NCBI GenBank assembly: GCA_009103225.1
Contig: RHPI01001259.1
Coordinates: forward strand, 186,001 to 250,000
Source: Chlorokybus atmophyticus
Lineage: Eukaryota > Plantae > Mesostigma and Chlorokybus algae
Direction of reading: 5' to 3'
Length of the DNA stretch: 64,000 bases
Shown here: positions 25,873 through 38,500 of the stretch, piece after piece
Layout of the letters: every line of letters starts with the position of its first letter
How positions within the stretch are numbered: the first letter of the stretch is position 1
The notes under the pieces: model-generated
Databases searched by the model: none
What the model saw: the letters and a program-made list of their open reading frames with translations, nothing else
Told to the model about the DNA's origin: nothing
Translations under genes and position numbers: made by a program

Positions 25873-28525
25873 TCAACCAAAATTGGACGAGAACCCGAGT
25901 TGAATGCCTGTCTTGGGTGAATCGCCCGGACACATCCGCAACACTTGACACAAGTTGGCCTGCGCGCAATCAGGTTAGCACATCACATTCTTTCAAGCAC
26001 GACAGCACAAAGCCACATAAACAACATGTTCTTACCTCAAGCCTGCCAAATCTTGTTGGAAATACCAAACCAGCCCCAACCGAAACGCGCATGTTGTCGA
26101 GGAAGGACTTTACAACGTTGGAGAACCACGCGGGGTCTCCTGACCTATAAGCCGCCGCGGGTCCGGTCAGCTGCACCAGCTGGCCGGCGTTGGCAAACAC
26201 GTGGCCGTGGATGCCCAACATTTCCAGGTATGGGTGCGGGAGGATGAAATTTAGCGACGCGTACGCCGTGAACACAGCGTCGCCTCCCAACCGGTCGTGA
26301 CCCGCCCTGTGCCGCCTCTCCTCCTCCGTCGCGGCCTCCTCGTTCTCTTGCCGAGGTATCAACCGCCTTGCATCGCTGGGACCTGCCAACAGTAGTTCCA
26401 ATCATGTGGACATTTGGTTGCAAACCCACACTCTGTAAAGACTACCCTTTCCTGACACAAACTTTGGCAGCAAAGGTTTATTCTCTTGCCACAATTGTAG
26501 GGCTGTTCACACAAAGCGTTCTGTGTATTATACGTGCATGTCTGTGCCAACCGTTATCTGTATCTGTCAAACAGACCACACTCGCACATGCTCACCAACT
26601 CCTTTGGTCCTGAAGCCTCTCAAGGAACCTGGTCCACCAAGGAAATATCTGTCGCATATGATGCTCGGACGGCTGAACCCATTGAAAGCCCACGGCAGCA
26701 TCATCCCAGCGCTGCCTCCAAGCATCAGCGTAGCCCACTCAGTCAACGGGAGGTTGTACTGTGTCTCTACTTTCTGCACAATGCACATTCACACTCGTCA
26801 AAGTTCCCATGCTTGTGCGCACACATTGTGACATAAGCTGTCATATACCGTGTTACCTGTGCTATAAAGCGTGTGAGTCGAGAGTCGAAGCCAAGCCCTG
26901 CCAGCTCGGTTGTTGCACGCAGCGCCCACCCCATCGACGGCGCCACGGCTGAGTCTCGGTAGTCCAACATGTGCGTATAAAGCAGGGAAGACTTGAGTGA
27001 GTCGCCCCCGCATTGCAGTATGCATGGCGATGCCTGTCGTGTTGCGGCGCTGATGTTGCGCCACGTGAGGCCGTAACCCAACTCATGCTCGTGCGACGAG
27101 AGCGAGACGGACCCGCCGCGGAACTTCTCGTTGAACGAGCTGTGACGCTTCATGCTGCGTGAGTCCTGAAAAAGGCGCCACGTGAGCTTGCAGTCAGCCC
27201 CGCCCGGCCTCGGCTGCATCAACGCAACGGCGAATCGGTTGGTAGAAAGCCCACCGACTGAAGCCTCGACCTCCAACTTCTCCGCAGTGCCGTAGTGGTT
27301 TAGCAACGTGAGCTTGCCCTCCACACTACCTTCGCCACCCTGAAATGATGACATCCAACATAGGCATGTAAGCAGGCAAGGAAGCATACATGGGTTGACG
27401 TCAGTTGCTGTACTCAGGCACGTATGTGCGCATGCTAGCATGCTAGTGGTGAGCTTGGTAGGATTACACGGTCCACGCATGCAACATTGTGCTTGCATGC
27501 ATGCATGCACGCATGCAATACGTGGTTGTGGGAGGAGCCATCGTCCTGTTGCACTAACCTGCACATATGTGCCAGTGTTTAAGGAGAGTGGTCCAGCCTC
27601 TTGCACTGTGATGATGACTGTGGCGGTGTCGAGCCCAGGGATTTCCGGCCCCTCATCGATGAGAATGTCGCACATGGTGAAGATCTCCAAGTCCTTCAAG
27701 CGGTGCGAAGCATCCAACACGGAGTCTTTTAGCTCCTCAAACGAAGAAGCCTCCAACACAGGCATCTGCACACCACACAGCACAGGAAGCATGACGGCCA
27801 TGCATCTGACAACTGGAGCGCTTCACAACAAGTTTAACGCTTGGAAAGCTAATGCAAGACAAAATGTTTCTTCCTTTTACACGTACCTGCACAACCTGCA
27901 AGGCTTTCAAGCACGCAAGGCAGTTTTGTGCAGTGCTTGCCATGCATGCAGTGCCAGCTTGCAGATAGTGATGATTCTGATGCTGCTGATGTTGATGATG
28001 ACGTACGTACCAGCTCACGCTCCACAATCTCTCGCCTTGTCCGTTGCAACCCATCAATCTCAACTGCTACAACACGCAGAGGCTTACTCGCTGCAGCCTA
28101 CGCACAAGCAAGAAAAGTTGCAACACAATGCACACGCACATAACCTTCAGGCCAAAGCATGCACAGAAAGAGGCTTATCAAAATGCACAAATACATTGAC
28201 ACATCTACAATATAGAGTGCAAACAACATGCACACAAACAGAATAAATGTGCATGTGGCTGTGACATACACAACCACATGCACATGTACTTCTGCCAAAG
28301 CATGCACCCAACAATACGGAGGTATTTCTTGCTGTCTCTCACCTTCAGTGCACCATTATAATCATAGTCCTGGTCTGCCGCCCCCTCAGCCACGGCCTCA
28401 GCGACCTCCCGCCTAATCCTCTCCACGGCGTCGTCGCCATCGCCGTCGCTGACCGGCGGGCTCGCCGCAACCTGCTGCTCGGCATGCCACTCACCGCCGA
28501 TAGCTTCCTCCCCCGTCGCCGCCAT
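25873..28525 (-). CDS. SAM50: SAM50/Omp85 mitochondrial outer-membrane beta-barrel assembly protein
   Basis: POTRA region: PLRVVAVEIDGLQRTRREIVEREL, RLKDLEIFTMCDILIDEGP. Barrel: GEGSVEGKLTLLNHYGTAE, GDSLKSSLLYT, DRYFLGGPGSLRGFRTKGVGP (conserved RGF loop), LGGD, HGHVFANAG, RVSVGAGLVFPTRFGRLE|ANL. C-terminus GIQLGFSSNFG, TGA. Confidence 0.92.
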
Positions 28526-28776
28526 GGCCGCCCACCACGCCGCCCCCAATGCACCACAACATCAACGACACCACCAACACTAACAGGCTCAGCACTAACA
28601 AGCTGTGCTAGCTTGATCGCAGCTTGAGACGGCAGCGATGGGCGGCATAAGCTGCTTCGTCTCCTCCCACTCCTCCTCGTCGTTGTCGTGCTTTTGGCTG
28701 CAGGTGTAGGTGTCAAGGTGCTTGCAGCTGTTGTGGAGGGTGAAGCAGGCTTTGCGGCGGCAGCATTGTTGTCGTC

Positions 28777-31700
28777 ATGGTGAAGGCGCAGGCGGATGGC
28801 GTGGCTGCTGCTGCGGAGGCAGCAAGCCAGGGAGCTGTGCTTGTGGACAGCTTCCTGTGGCTGGTTGGTAAGTAGTTTAGTTGTTAGCTTCAGCTTGGGC
28901 ATGCTTACACCCGTTACAACAAGCATGTCCTGTGCTGTTGGTTGGCAAACGAGAATAATGCGCACAGCTGCACAATGCCACACAATGCTTCTGAAAAGCT
29001 TGAGAAGGTTGTTCAAGCATCAAACAACACAGCTGCTAAGGTTGCTCATTTTGTCGTGCTGTTGTGTCTGGTGATCAGTTTCACAGCTGTGCTCCCGCTT
29101 CTTCACCTTCCTGCTCAACCTGCTGGTGGCTCGCCACCTCTCCCAAGAAGACTATGGGGTGAGCGTCAATGCACCACCCTCCCCATTCACTGCGTACATC
29201 GTCCATTGAACACTGAAGCAAGCATCACCCATTAGCTCCTTCACTCACTTACTCATATTTTCATGCATTCAACTAGTTCACTTATCATGCACACATTCGA
29301 TTATACGCACGCTTGTTCATTCAGTGCTGAGTCAAGTCAACTTGTCATTCAGTCCCTGTGGTTGCTGTGCTGCAGTCAGTACTCTTTGTTGTTGATTGAC
29401 AGTCTTGTGATGTTCATGCGTGTAGGTGGCGTCCATTCAGTTCCACCTTCTCACCACAAGCCTGCTGTTCTTGAGCCGTGAAGGCTTCAGGAGGAGTTGT
29501 TTACGCGTCAACCTCAAGTGAGTGGCCATGTTGTGTCCATGACAATAGCAATGGGTGATCGACACACATCTCCTCCTTTGCATTCAGCATGAAGTCGCCA
29601 CCGGAGGAGTTTGCACGCGTTGCAAATGTGGCCTACCTTAGCATACCCTTTGGCGGTGTGATGGCGGCTTCGACGTGCTTTATGATCGCTTACTGGCAAA
29701 AGCTGCAGCTTGCGGATCCATATCTGGTTGCCATTGTTCTGCATGGTCAGTGTCCGCATGTTTGAACTCGTTGCGGCACATGTACATCAACACGTGCGCG
29801 ATGCACGGGCATTCACTTATGCAAAGTTACAACCACAGGCGCGCACGTGCAGGCCTCGCATGCATACATGTGCACGCACCAGTATTCAATCACATCCCAC
29901 CCACACATGCAGCCCATGCACGTATGCACCAGGTTGCATTATGCGTGCATGCAGTAAACCAGCCTGTACGCGGTGTTGGGTTCTCTTAAGTACGCATATG
30001 CACAGATTGCATGCAACCATATGTGTGCCTTTGGTGAGTTGTATAAGTATGCTGAAATGTTCCATGACAGGTGTCGCGGCGTTTGTAGAAATGTGCGCTG
30101 AACCGCTGGTGATCATCGCTCAAAGCATGCTGCTATTTAGACTGAGACCCATCGCTGAAGGCGTTGGGACGCTGGCTCGATGCGTCGTCCTTGCAGCATT
30201 TGTGTTCCACAGCCAGGCATGTGTTGCTGAATGTTACAACTCCACAAAACAACACATGCACGTGAGAGGGTTGTGAAGTCAATGCTAGTTGCCTGCTGCC
30301 ACGCATACCACTCTGGGCGCCTCTATGCAATAGACACACCCATTGTTATTTGTGTTGCATGGCGCGTGTGCAGCAAGCAACAACCGATGCTGTTGGTGCT
30401 GAGAGGGTGTTTGCCTCAGGCAGGTCTTGTAATGTATGGCTATGGCCAACTGGCGTTTGCATGCGCCCTTCTCTTCTGCTACAGCGCATACTTCCTCCAC
30501 AACGCTTTGGTGCTCCACAACCGACCAAGCTTAAGCAACCTGTTACCCGCGCCCACCAAACAACAGCCCGCTGGCAAAGGGTAAATACTCCACATCTCAC
30601 TGAGTTGCTACTTTTGTACACGCTTGTTGTGTCTACACAATTTGTACAACAAGCGTACACTTGTTGTGTACACTCAACAAATGTACACAACAACTTTACA
30701 TCACAATTATACACAACCTGTACAACAATTGTTCACCAGTCCATATAGGATTTGTTGCAGGCGTTACCAGCTGGATGGCAACCTGCTTGCCTTTGCCGGG
30801 TGGTTCACGGTGCAGGCGGGGGAGAAGCTGGTGCTCACGGAGGGGGAGAAGCTGGTGTTAGTTCTTGTGGAGTCGCGATACAACCAAGGCGTGTATGGCC
30901 TCGTGTCCAACCTTGGTATGGCATGTTGCATGTTGATCTCATCATAAGTGGCTCATGCGCATACAGAGTGAACTTTGTTAAACATGTTACTTGTATGCTT
31001 TGGCTTCCTGCAGGATCTGTGGTAGTGAGGGCTTTCTTTCAACCGTTTGAGGAGAGTGCTTTCACCATGTTCACAAAAGCCTGTGGTCACAAGGCAGGTG
31101 GAGTGTGCAGAAGCAATATCATCTCATGCATGAATGCATACAATGCAGAACACATGTACACACGCACGCGCATACGCATGCGTACATACATGCACGCATG
31201 CATACGTGCGCGCCAACAGACACACATGCACGCACACGCGCACATGCACACATACGTACACACATACGCGCACGCATGCACACACAAACATACGCATTTG
31301 TGACTGCAGGCCAGAGCATAGACCAGGCAAGGCAGCGTGAGAGCGCGCGTATATTAACGCTGCTTCTGAAACTCATGCTGATTTTTGGCTTGATATTCGT
31401 TACATTCGGCCGCGGCTACTCGTACACGCTGCTGCGCCTTCTTTACGGCTCCAAATGGAGCGACACCGACGCGCCGTACGTGCTGGCGTGGTACTGTTGT
31501 TATGTTCTCGCCATGGCCATCAATGGTGAGTTGGTGCATGGATTCAACTCAGATAATCTCTTACCATTTGGGCAATAAGTGTATGCATATATATGCAGTA
31601 GCCGTGTGTGACATGTGCATGCCTGTGGGTGTTTTCTTACGCGTGTGCCAAACGCCCCCACAGACCCAACTGTCACCCACAACTCATACACTACATTTAC

Positions 31701-32788
31701 TTCTACTCAGGGATTACGGAGGCATTCGTCCATGCTGTGGCCAGCCAAGAGCAGCTCAAGCGGATCAACGTGTGGCTTGTGGCCTTCTCAATCACACACG
31801 TCATCACCAGCTGCCTGCTCATCACCTGGGCTGGCGCCGCGGGCCTCATAGTAGCCAACTGCTTGAGTAAGTCTCATGCTGCATGCTTCGCTTGTTGGTG
31901 TCGTATGTTTGTTGAAGAGTTGGGGTCCTTTGATCTGCGCAGACATGGCGTGGCGGGTTGTGTACTCTCTGAACTTCACTAAGCGCTTCTATGAGGTGCG
32001 GATGTCATAGCCACGTTGGATCTGTATGTTTCTCTTGGTGCAATCACACTGTGTGCATACTCTCAGAGTAACTGGTATGTTCCCTTGATGCAGGGAAGCA
32101 ATGCCTTTTCAGCAATGTCATCAATTCCAGCAGCGCCTGTCCTGTTGTGTCTCGCTTCAAGTTTTGTTGTGACACAGGTAAGCGACATGAACTCACTATT
32201 ACGGTGCCTTCAATAGATGTATGGCCAAGAGTTTCCTGATCCATATCAAGTAATATGGATCAGGAAATTCGCATACTTAATCATATGTCGCCTGTTGCTT
32301 TAGGTTGGTTGCTGTGCTTGTTGTCTTGCCCTGCTGCCCTGCCCTGCCCTACTCCAACCACCCCACCCCACTGCCAACTTGCACACAAGCACTTAGCAAC
32401 GCATCACATTAGCGTGCATGCCCCTGCTGGTGGAATAAAGTTCTGCTCTGCCCTGCTCCTGGTTGCTGCTTGCATTGCTACTGTGCTCTTGCTTGTGATG
32501 CATCAGCTACTCAGATAAGACTACATGTCTTGCAGGTGTCTGAGCGCACGTTGTTGAACAAGAAAGAGTTCTACACCACAGCTGCAATGCACATGGGAGT
32601 GGGTGTCGGGTGCATGTCGCTGCTATGCGCCGCAGTGTAAGTGCTCGCAGTTGGGTGATTGTTGCCACATCAATGGGAGCCAACCTCATGAACTTTTGGG
32701 GCTTATAGTACAATGGGTATTGCGCAGGTGGAAATACGAGCGTGCATTCTTGCAACAAGTCGTGGCGCTCAAGCGGAAAAAGGATTAA
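28777..32788 (+). CDS. RFT1: RFT1, Man5GlcNAc2-PP-dolichol translocation protein; multi-exon
   Basis: SFLWLV|VSQLCSRFFTFLLNLLVARHLSQEDYG|VASIQFHLLTTSLLFLSREGFRRSCLR, EMCAEP, QAGEKLVLTEGEKLVL, QGVYGLVSNLG|SVVVRAFFQPFEES, GYSYTLLRLLYG, YCCYVLAMAING|ITEAF and GLIVANC are all RFT1 signature blocks. Stop is TAA. Confidence 0.94.
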
Positions 32789-33216
32789 GCATGCTAGCCT
32801 CTTACACTGCTGTTGTTGTGGGTCATACACTGTGCTAGTGAGGACAACGATTGTGCCCGTGTTATGACATCAAATACAACAGCGCTATTCCGGTAGTACC
32901 ATTTCCTTGCCGATCAAAAAATTTGCATGCTTGCAAGTTCGTAATGCGGTGTTGGGCAAGCAAGCCCACACGTTTGGGCGCACACAACTTGTCAACAAAC
33001 GCTTGAATATGAGTAGCTTGTTCATTACTTGCCATAGCTGACCACTTACCACAGACTTGGCCACAAGACGTATACAGTACTTACATTTACTGAATAATGT
33101 TACATATATCTTGCGGTACCAACAAAGCAATCAAAGCAAAAGCAAAAGCCTAGCTGCTGAATATGCAGTTACCACAACCCACAAGGAATCATTTACCCAG
33201 TGACTGTGACAGAATC

Positions 33217-34620
33217 TCAATCACTGGTCTTTGGAGCGGATGTGAGCAGCTGCTCAAACACAGTGTTTCCCTGCGCGCACAGTCGGTTGTCATCAGCAGA
33301 AAGTCTCCAAGCAGCAAGCGCCGCACCGGTCTAATCTGGCATCAAGATCATGAAGCATATTCCGATTGGTTGCATTATACCTGAAAAGCTAGCACGACAT
33401 CGGCGTCAGAGATACGGAGCGTTATTCGCTTGGGCTGCTTGCTGTTCCTGCTGGCACCAAGCTGAACAAGACCCTGTGCGTGCAAAGTAAACTCTCAGGC
33501 ACATGCATGTTGGTGTAATACATCTGAGCGTAATCAGGCTACAATGGGAAAGCAATGCGCATACCTTGGAGATGGTTGCATCTGAACAAACAAGCAACCA
33601 ACACACAGACACACACATGCGCACACTGTGCGTGTATGTGCCTGTGCGTACGCACATATGTGTGTGCGCGCACAGGCACACACGCGCGAGCAGTAACGAT
33701 TGCACACACGCAGACGCGCACAGCCACGCAGGTGCGCTCCCACAAAGGCACCCACACGCGCACAAACTCACATTGCACTCTTACATGCGTTTGCAGCAAG
33801 TCGCACGTGTTCCGGAACTGCGCCGGCGAGCACGCTTTCAATCCAAGCCTCCTCGACAGCGTGCGATAGGCTACCTCCACATCCCCAAGCGTGGACTTAT
33901 TATTACACCTTCGCTGCTGCAACACAACACTGCACAGCGCCAGCTGAAGCTCACTTGGCAAACCCTTCACAGTCTTCATCAGTGGGCACGCATAACCCAC
34001 ACACTTAGACAACGCCTCCGCCATTGAGCACATCGTGACTGTTGTTGTTGATGTTGGGTTATTGTTGGAGAATTCTCTCGCAAGTTGGCACGCGTTGAGA
34101 GCTTTGCGCATGTCACCTCCCCAGCTTGAGGCAACCTTCTTGGCGCAGAGCTGCAGCGCCGCGGGCTCGAAGACGTGGGTATGTGGCGATGTTGTGTCGA
34201 ACGTGTTGTTGTGTGTGTCAAACTTGTGCACGAGCACGGCGAGAATCTGCGTGGCCGTGTAGGCTGGGAAGTGCACGGCGTGTACACGTGGCACCTTCTC
34301 ACGCAGCTTCTCCTCAGCCAAAGCTAATGCGTTGCCCGCCGCCACGACAACCAGCTTCGACCCCGCAGAGCAACCCAATGCCAACACGCCGGCGGCCACC
34401 TCAACACCCAACGCATCCGCCTCGTCAACAATGAGCAACATGCCACGCCGGCGAACGAAGGCAGGCAACCGCGCCTTCACGTCGTCACGAGAAGTGTTGG
34501 AAACTGTGTTGTCTTCAGTAAGGGCTGAAGCAATGTCGCAGAAGATCTGCTCTGGCTTGGAGAGGTACACCCCACAGTTGATCCAAAGGGACTGGTAGTG
34601 TCGTTGTTGTGGTTGTTGTC

Positions 34621-34657
<37 letters not shown>

Positions 34658-35274
34658 GTGGTGTTGTTGGTTGTGCTCCTGTTGTTGTCTTCTCCAACTA
34701 CTCTTTCCCGCATACATTCGCATGAGCCTTAGTAGAATCAGCGTCTTCCCCGATCCTGGTGTCCCTGCGAGGTACAGCGCCTCTCCTCTGCCTGACGCAA
34801 GGGCAGAACCGGCCAGTGCGGACACCTTCTCCCACTCGTCGCTCCTCCCAACTATAAACCCAACATCATCGGCTTCGTTGTTGCTGTGCGCGCACGCCCG
34901 CACACGCTTTGCGCCTGTGTTGCACAGAGCTTAATGACAATATAAGCTACTGACTGTGAGACACGCAAGCAAGCTGTTGCAGACACTGCAATGGTTGTAA
35001 CTCTGCTACACTGTGAGAGACACCAGTCAGCTGTTCATATACAGCATTGTTGTTGTTGTTGTCCTTGTGTTTATTCTCTGAGCACCGTTGCATGGTTGAG
35101 TATGACGCGATCGGCAAGACAAAAACCAGCTAGCTAAAACACATGTTTGCGAAACAATGCACAGTTGTTTTGCATACCAGTGCTGGTGCATGGGGCCTCC
35201 TCCTCCTCCTGCTTGTCTTGCTCCTTCTGCTCCGCGACGCGCTTGGGCGGCCTCCCACGCTTCGCACCCGCCAT
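33217..35274 (-). CDS. CDC6: CDC6-like AAA+ replication-licensing ATPase with C-terminal winged helix; 4 exons
   Basis: Exon 1 is MAGAKRGRPPKRVAEQ. Motifs: GRSDE, Walker A LYLAGTPGSGKT, WINC, Walker B LLIVDEAD, GNAL, FPAYTATQILAVL, ALQLCAKKVASSWGGDMRKALNAC (sensor 2). The winged helix reads LPSELQLALCS...TLGDVEVAYRTL...|GLVQLG...RITLRISDADVVLAFQ|GNTVFEQLL. Stop is TGA. Confidence 0.85.
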
Positions 35275-35378
35275 TTGAAGCCACACCTTCTAAGTCTACA
35301 ACTCCTCCTCCTCGTCCTCCTCGTCCTTCTCCTCCTCCGCCGCCGCCGCCGCCGCCGCTGCAAGCCACGCCAACCAAT

Positions 35379-35390
35379 TTTGGCGCCAAA
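35379..35390. promoter_or_regulatory. Palindromic double E2F site in the CDC6/NOC3 divergent promoter
   Basis: TTTGGCGCCAAA matches the E2F consensus TTTSSCGC on both strands. It lies about 105 bp upstream of the CDC6 ATG; CDC6 is an established E2F target. Confidence 0.65.
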
Positions 35391-35581
35391 TGCCATTACA
35401 GTGTGACTATCACATGCACAGTTATCTGTTTGCAACTAGTTTGCATGTCGTTATCCCAGATTAAGAAGGACTCAAGACCACGCACTGGGTTTGGGAAGAA
35501 CTCTGTTTAGGATTAGGGTGGTTTTGTGCAGAGAAAAAATTGCCTTCAGGCGGCGGCGCTGGCGGCGGCGAGGGAAGGGTC

Positions 35582-38500
35582 ATGGGCGCCAAGGGTGTCA
35601 AGGTGAAAGGCAAGTTGAAAGCGAAGCAGAGTTCTGCTGGCAAGCAGGCTAATGGCAAGCTCAAGCAGAATGTAGGCAAAGGCAAGCCCAAGTTGCAGAA
35701 GAAGCCTAAGCAGCCCAAGCAGGCTGAGGGCGGCGCTGAGGAGGAGGAGGAGGATGTGGAGGTTGAGGACCAGGACTTCGCCTTCGTGCGCAGCCACGAC
35801 GCCTCGGCACTTCTGAGGTTCGACCCCGACAACGAGGAGGAGGAGGACTACGAGCGCCGCCCCCGCGCCGCTCCAGCCCAATGGACCAAGCAGCAGGCCA
35901 AGGCCAAGGCGGCAGCGCCTGTGGACACGCTACCAGTGAGAACCCTAGAAGGCAAGCTGGTGTTCCCCTCCGCCGCCAAGGATAACAATGCCGGCAAGGA
36001 GGAGAAGCAGGAGGAGGCGGCGCCAGCTTCAGCTCAAGCTCAAGCTCAAGCTCAAGCTCCAGCTCTTAGCAAGAGGGAGCGCAAGCAGGCTCGCAGAGCT
36101 GAGCGCTCAGCCGCCGCCGCCGCAGCTGTCGTCAGCAATGTTGATGGTGACACTGCGGATGTCGCCAACGAGGCAGCTGCAGCTGAACCCGCAAGCAAAG
36201 AGGTTGCGAGGAAGAGGAAGGGTGCAGTGACTGTAGCTGAGGTAAGGTGCGCTCTTGAAGCACGCAAGCGCTTGTTTGCATGCTTGTCAAGTGTAGTCTC
36301 GCTGGAGCTTGTCGCTGAACCCACGTAGCAGAAACAGTCAGAGTCGTTCGGACCTGTCGTGCATTGTGTGCGTAGGTACACACACATGAAGGCATGTGCG
36401 TGTGCAGGCATGGGCGCTTCAACCTCTGCACGTATGCATGTTGGCATTCGTGCTTGCAAGGTCACTACTGCACGCAAGACGTTGTTTGCACTACGTGTGG
36501 TTAGCCACGAGATTGCACATGCACACTGCGATGGCATGCATGCATGCAAAACTACGCCACCTCATACGTGCTTGCTCTGGTTGTGTACACTTGTGTCGCG
36601 TGCAATTTGTTACATACTGTGGATAGCCACACATGCACTTGCACACCATTGTGATGTGGTCTTGCATGCAAGACCATGCCACTGCATGCGCTCATGCATA
36701 CAAGCCATGCTTGTATACGCTCGCGTCGCATGACACTTGTTGCTTCTGTTGCATGCGCGCACGCAGTGCTGAACAAAGTCTTGCATGCGTGCAAGACCTT
36801 GTTCACTGCGTGGTCTTGCACCCATGCAAGACCACATCACATCGATGCGCGCAAGCCTTGTCTGCATACCCTCGTGTTGCGTGACACCTGTCGTTTGGTG
36901 TATGCAACGCGCTGTTGTGTGTAACTCATCTCAACAGCATGCACCACACGCAGGAGCTCACCGCGTGGGTATCTGCTCGCGAGCACCGTTCCAATCTCCG
37001 TTCCCGCATGGCTGAGGTTTGCAGCTTAGTGTTGGCCGAGCCCGAGGCAAGGTTGGATCTCCTTCGCGAAGTGCGTGTGATGTGTGTCGACGACGACATA
37101 CCCACATCACGCCTCGCTATCCTCTCTCTGGCTGCAGTTTATTGTGATATCTGTCCCGGGTATAGGATTCGACTGCCGACTGCGGCTGAGTTGGAAGTGA
37201 CTGTGAGTAAAGAGGTGGCGAAGCAGAGAGCGTATGAAGCGGCGCTGCTGAAAGGGTATGAGGCGTACGTGGAGGTACTTGTGAAAGCGGCTAAGGTGGA
37301 GAAGACGAGGCTGGCGGCGATTACGGCGATTGGACAGTTGTTAGCAGGTGAGATGTGTGTGTTGGTGTGTGCGCGCGTGCGCGTATGTGTGTATGTGTAA
37401 GCGCAAACATGTGTGTTCTCGCATACACACACATGTACGCGCACGTGCACGCATGTTTGTCTACGTGTGTGTGCGTGTGTGCGTGTGTGCGCACACAATG
37501 GTGTTCTGTAGCAGTTTGGTGGTTGCGTCTGCTGGTTGCACTGAGGAAAGAGTACTGACTCGTGTTTGGCGTGTGCGTGTGTATGTGTGCAGTGCTTCCG
37601 CATTTCAACAACAGGTTGACGTTGGCACGAGCGCTCGTGCCAAGGACAGACTCCGCCGACGACGCCGTGTGCTCCGCAGCGTGCAGTGCTTTGCGGCGCC
37701 TTTTTGAAGCCGACAAGCGTGGCGACGCCATTCTCGAAACAGTCCAACTCATCGCCGAGCTCGTGCGCACACGCCACTGCGTGCTTCGTCCCGAAAGCAT
37801 TGAGTTGTTCGATGCTCTTCACTTTGACGCGGATTTGTTAACGTCATCATCGGATGTTGCAACAACATCGAAACAAGGAGCCACGCAAACGGCGAAACAA
37901 CTCAGCAAGAAGCAGCGCAGGCGCGAGAAGGCGAAGCAAGCGCGTGAGATCGCGCGTGAAGTGCAAAGGGACTTGCGTGAGACGGATGCCACGCAAGACC
38001 CACATGAACAACGTCGATTGCAAACAGCCACGCTGTCCGCTGTGTTTGAGACCTATTTTCGGGTGCTGCGTGATGATGGGTTGGGTCGTGTTGGCGATGG
38101 TGCGGGTGGTGCGGGCCGAGGTGCACGCCCTCTTTTGCGCGCGGCACTCAACGGCCTCGCACGGCTTTCGCATCTGATCAGTGTGGATTTTATGTCGGAC
38201 GTGTTGTCCACGTTGGAGCGTCTTGCCGGCGACAACACGTTGGCGTTGGACTCGCGCTTGCGGTGTTGCACCGCGGCGTGTGGCGTACTTAAAGCGCACG
38301 GCCATGCTCTCAACGTGGACTTGTCGGCCATGCACGCGGACTCATACACGGCGTTGATGCACCTCCCGTGGGATGAGAATGTGGGTTTGGCGGCCGTGTC
38401 GGCGGCGCAAGCGTTGTTGTGGGATAGCGGGAGGCAAGTGGACATGTCGCGCGTGGCGGCCTTCACACGCCGTCTCGGTTGCGCGGCCCTACACGTCCCA

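Noticed and set aside
27395-28246. Long antisense ORFs overlapping real genes (e.g. 27395-28246 +, 11462-12241 -, 36052-36549 -, 4555-5130 -)
   Set aside because: They are shadows of GC-rich coding exons and Cys/His/Ala-rich translations of CA/TG introns, with no recognisable domains.
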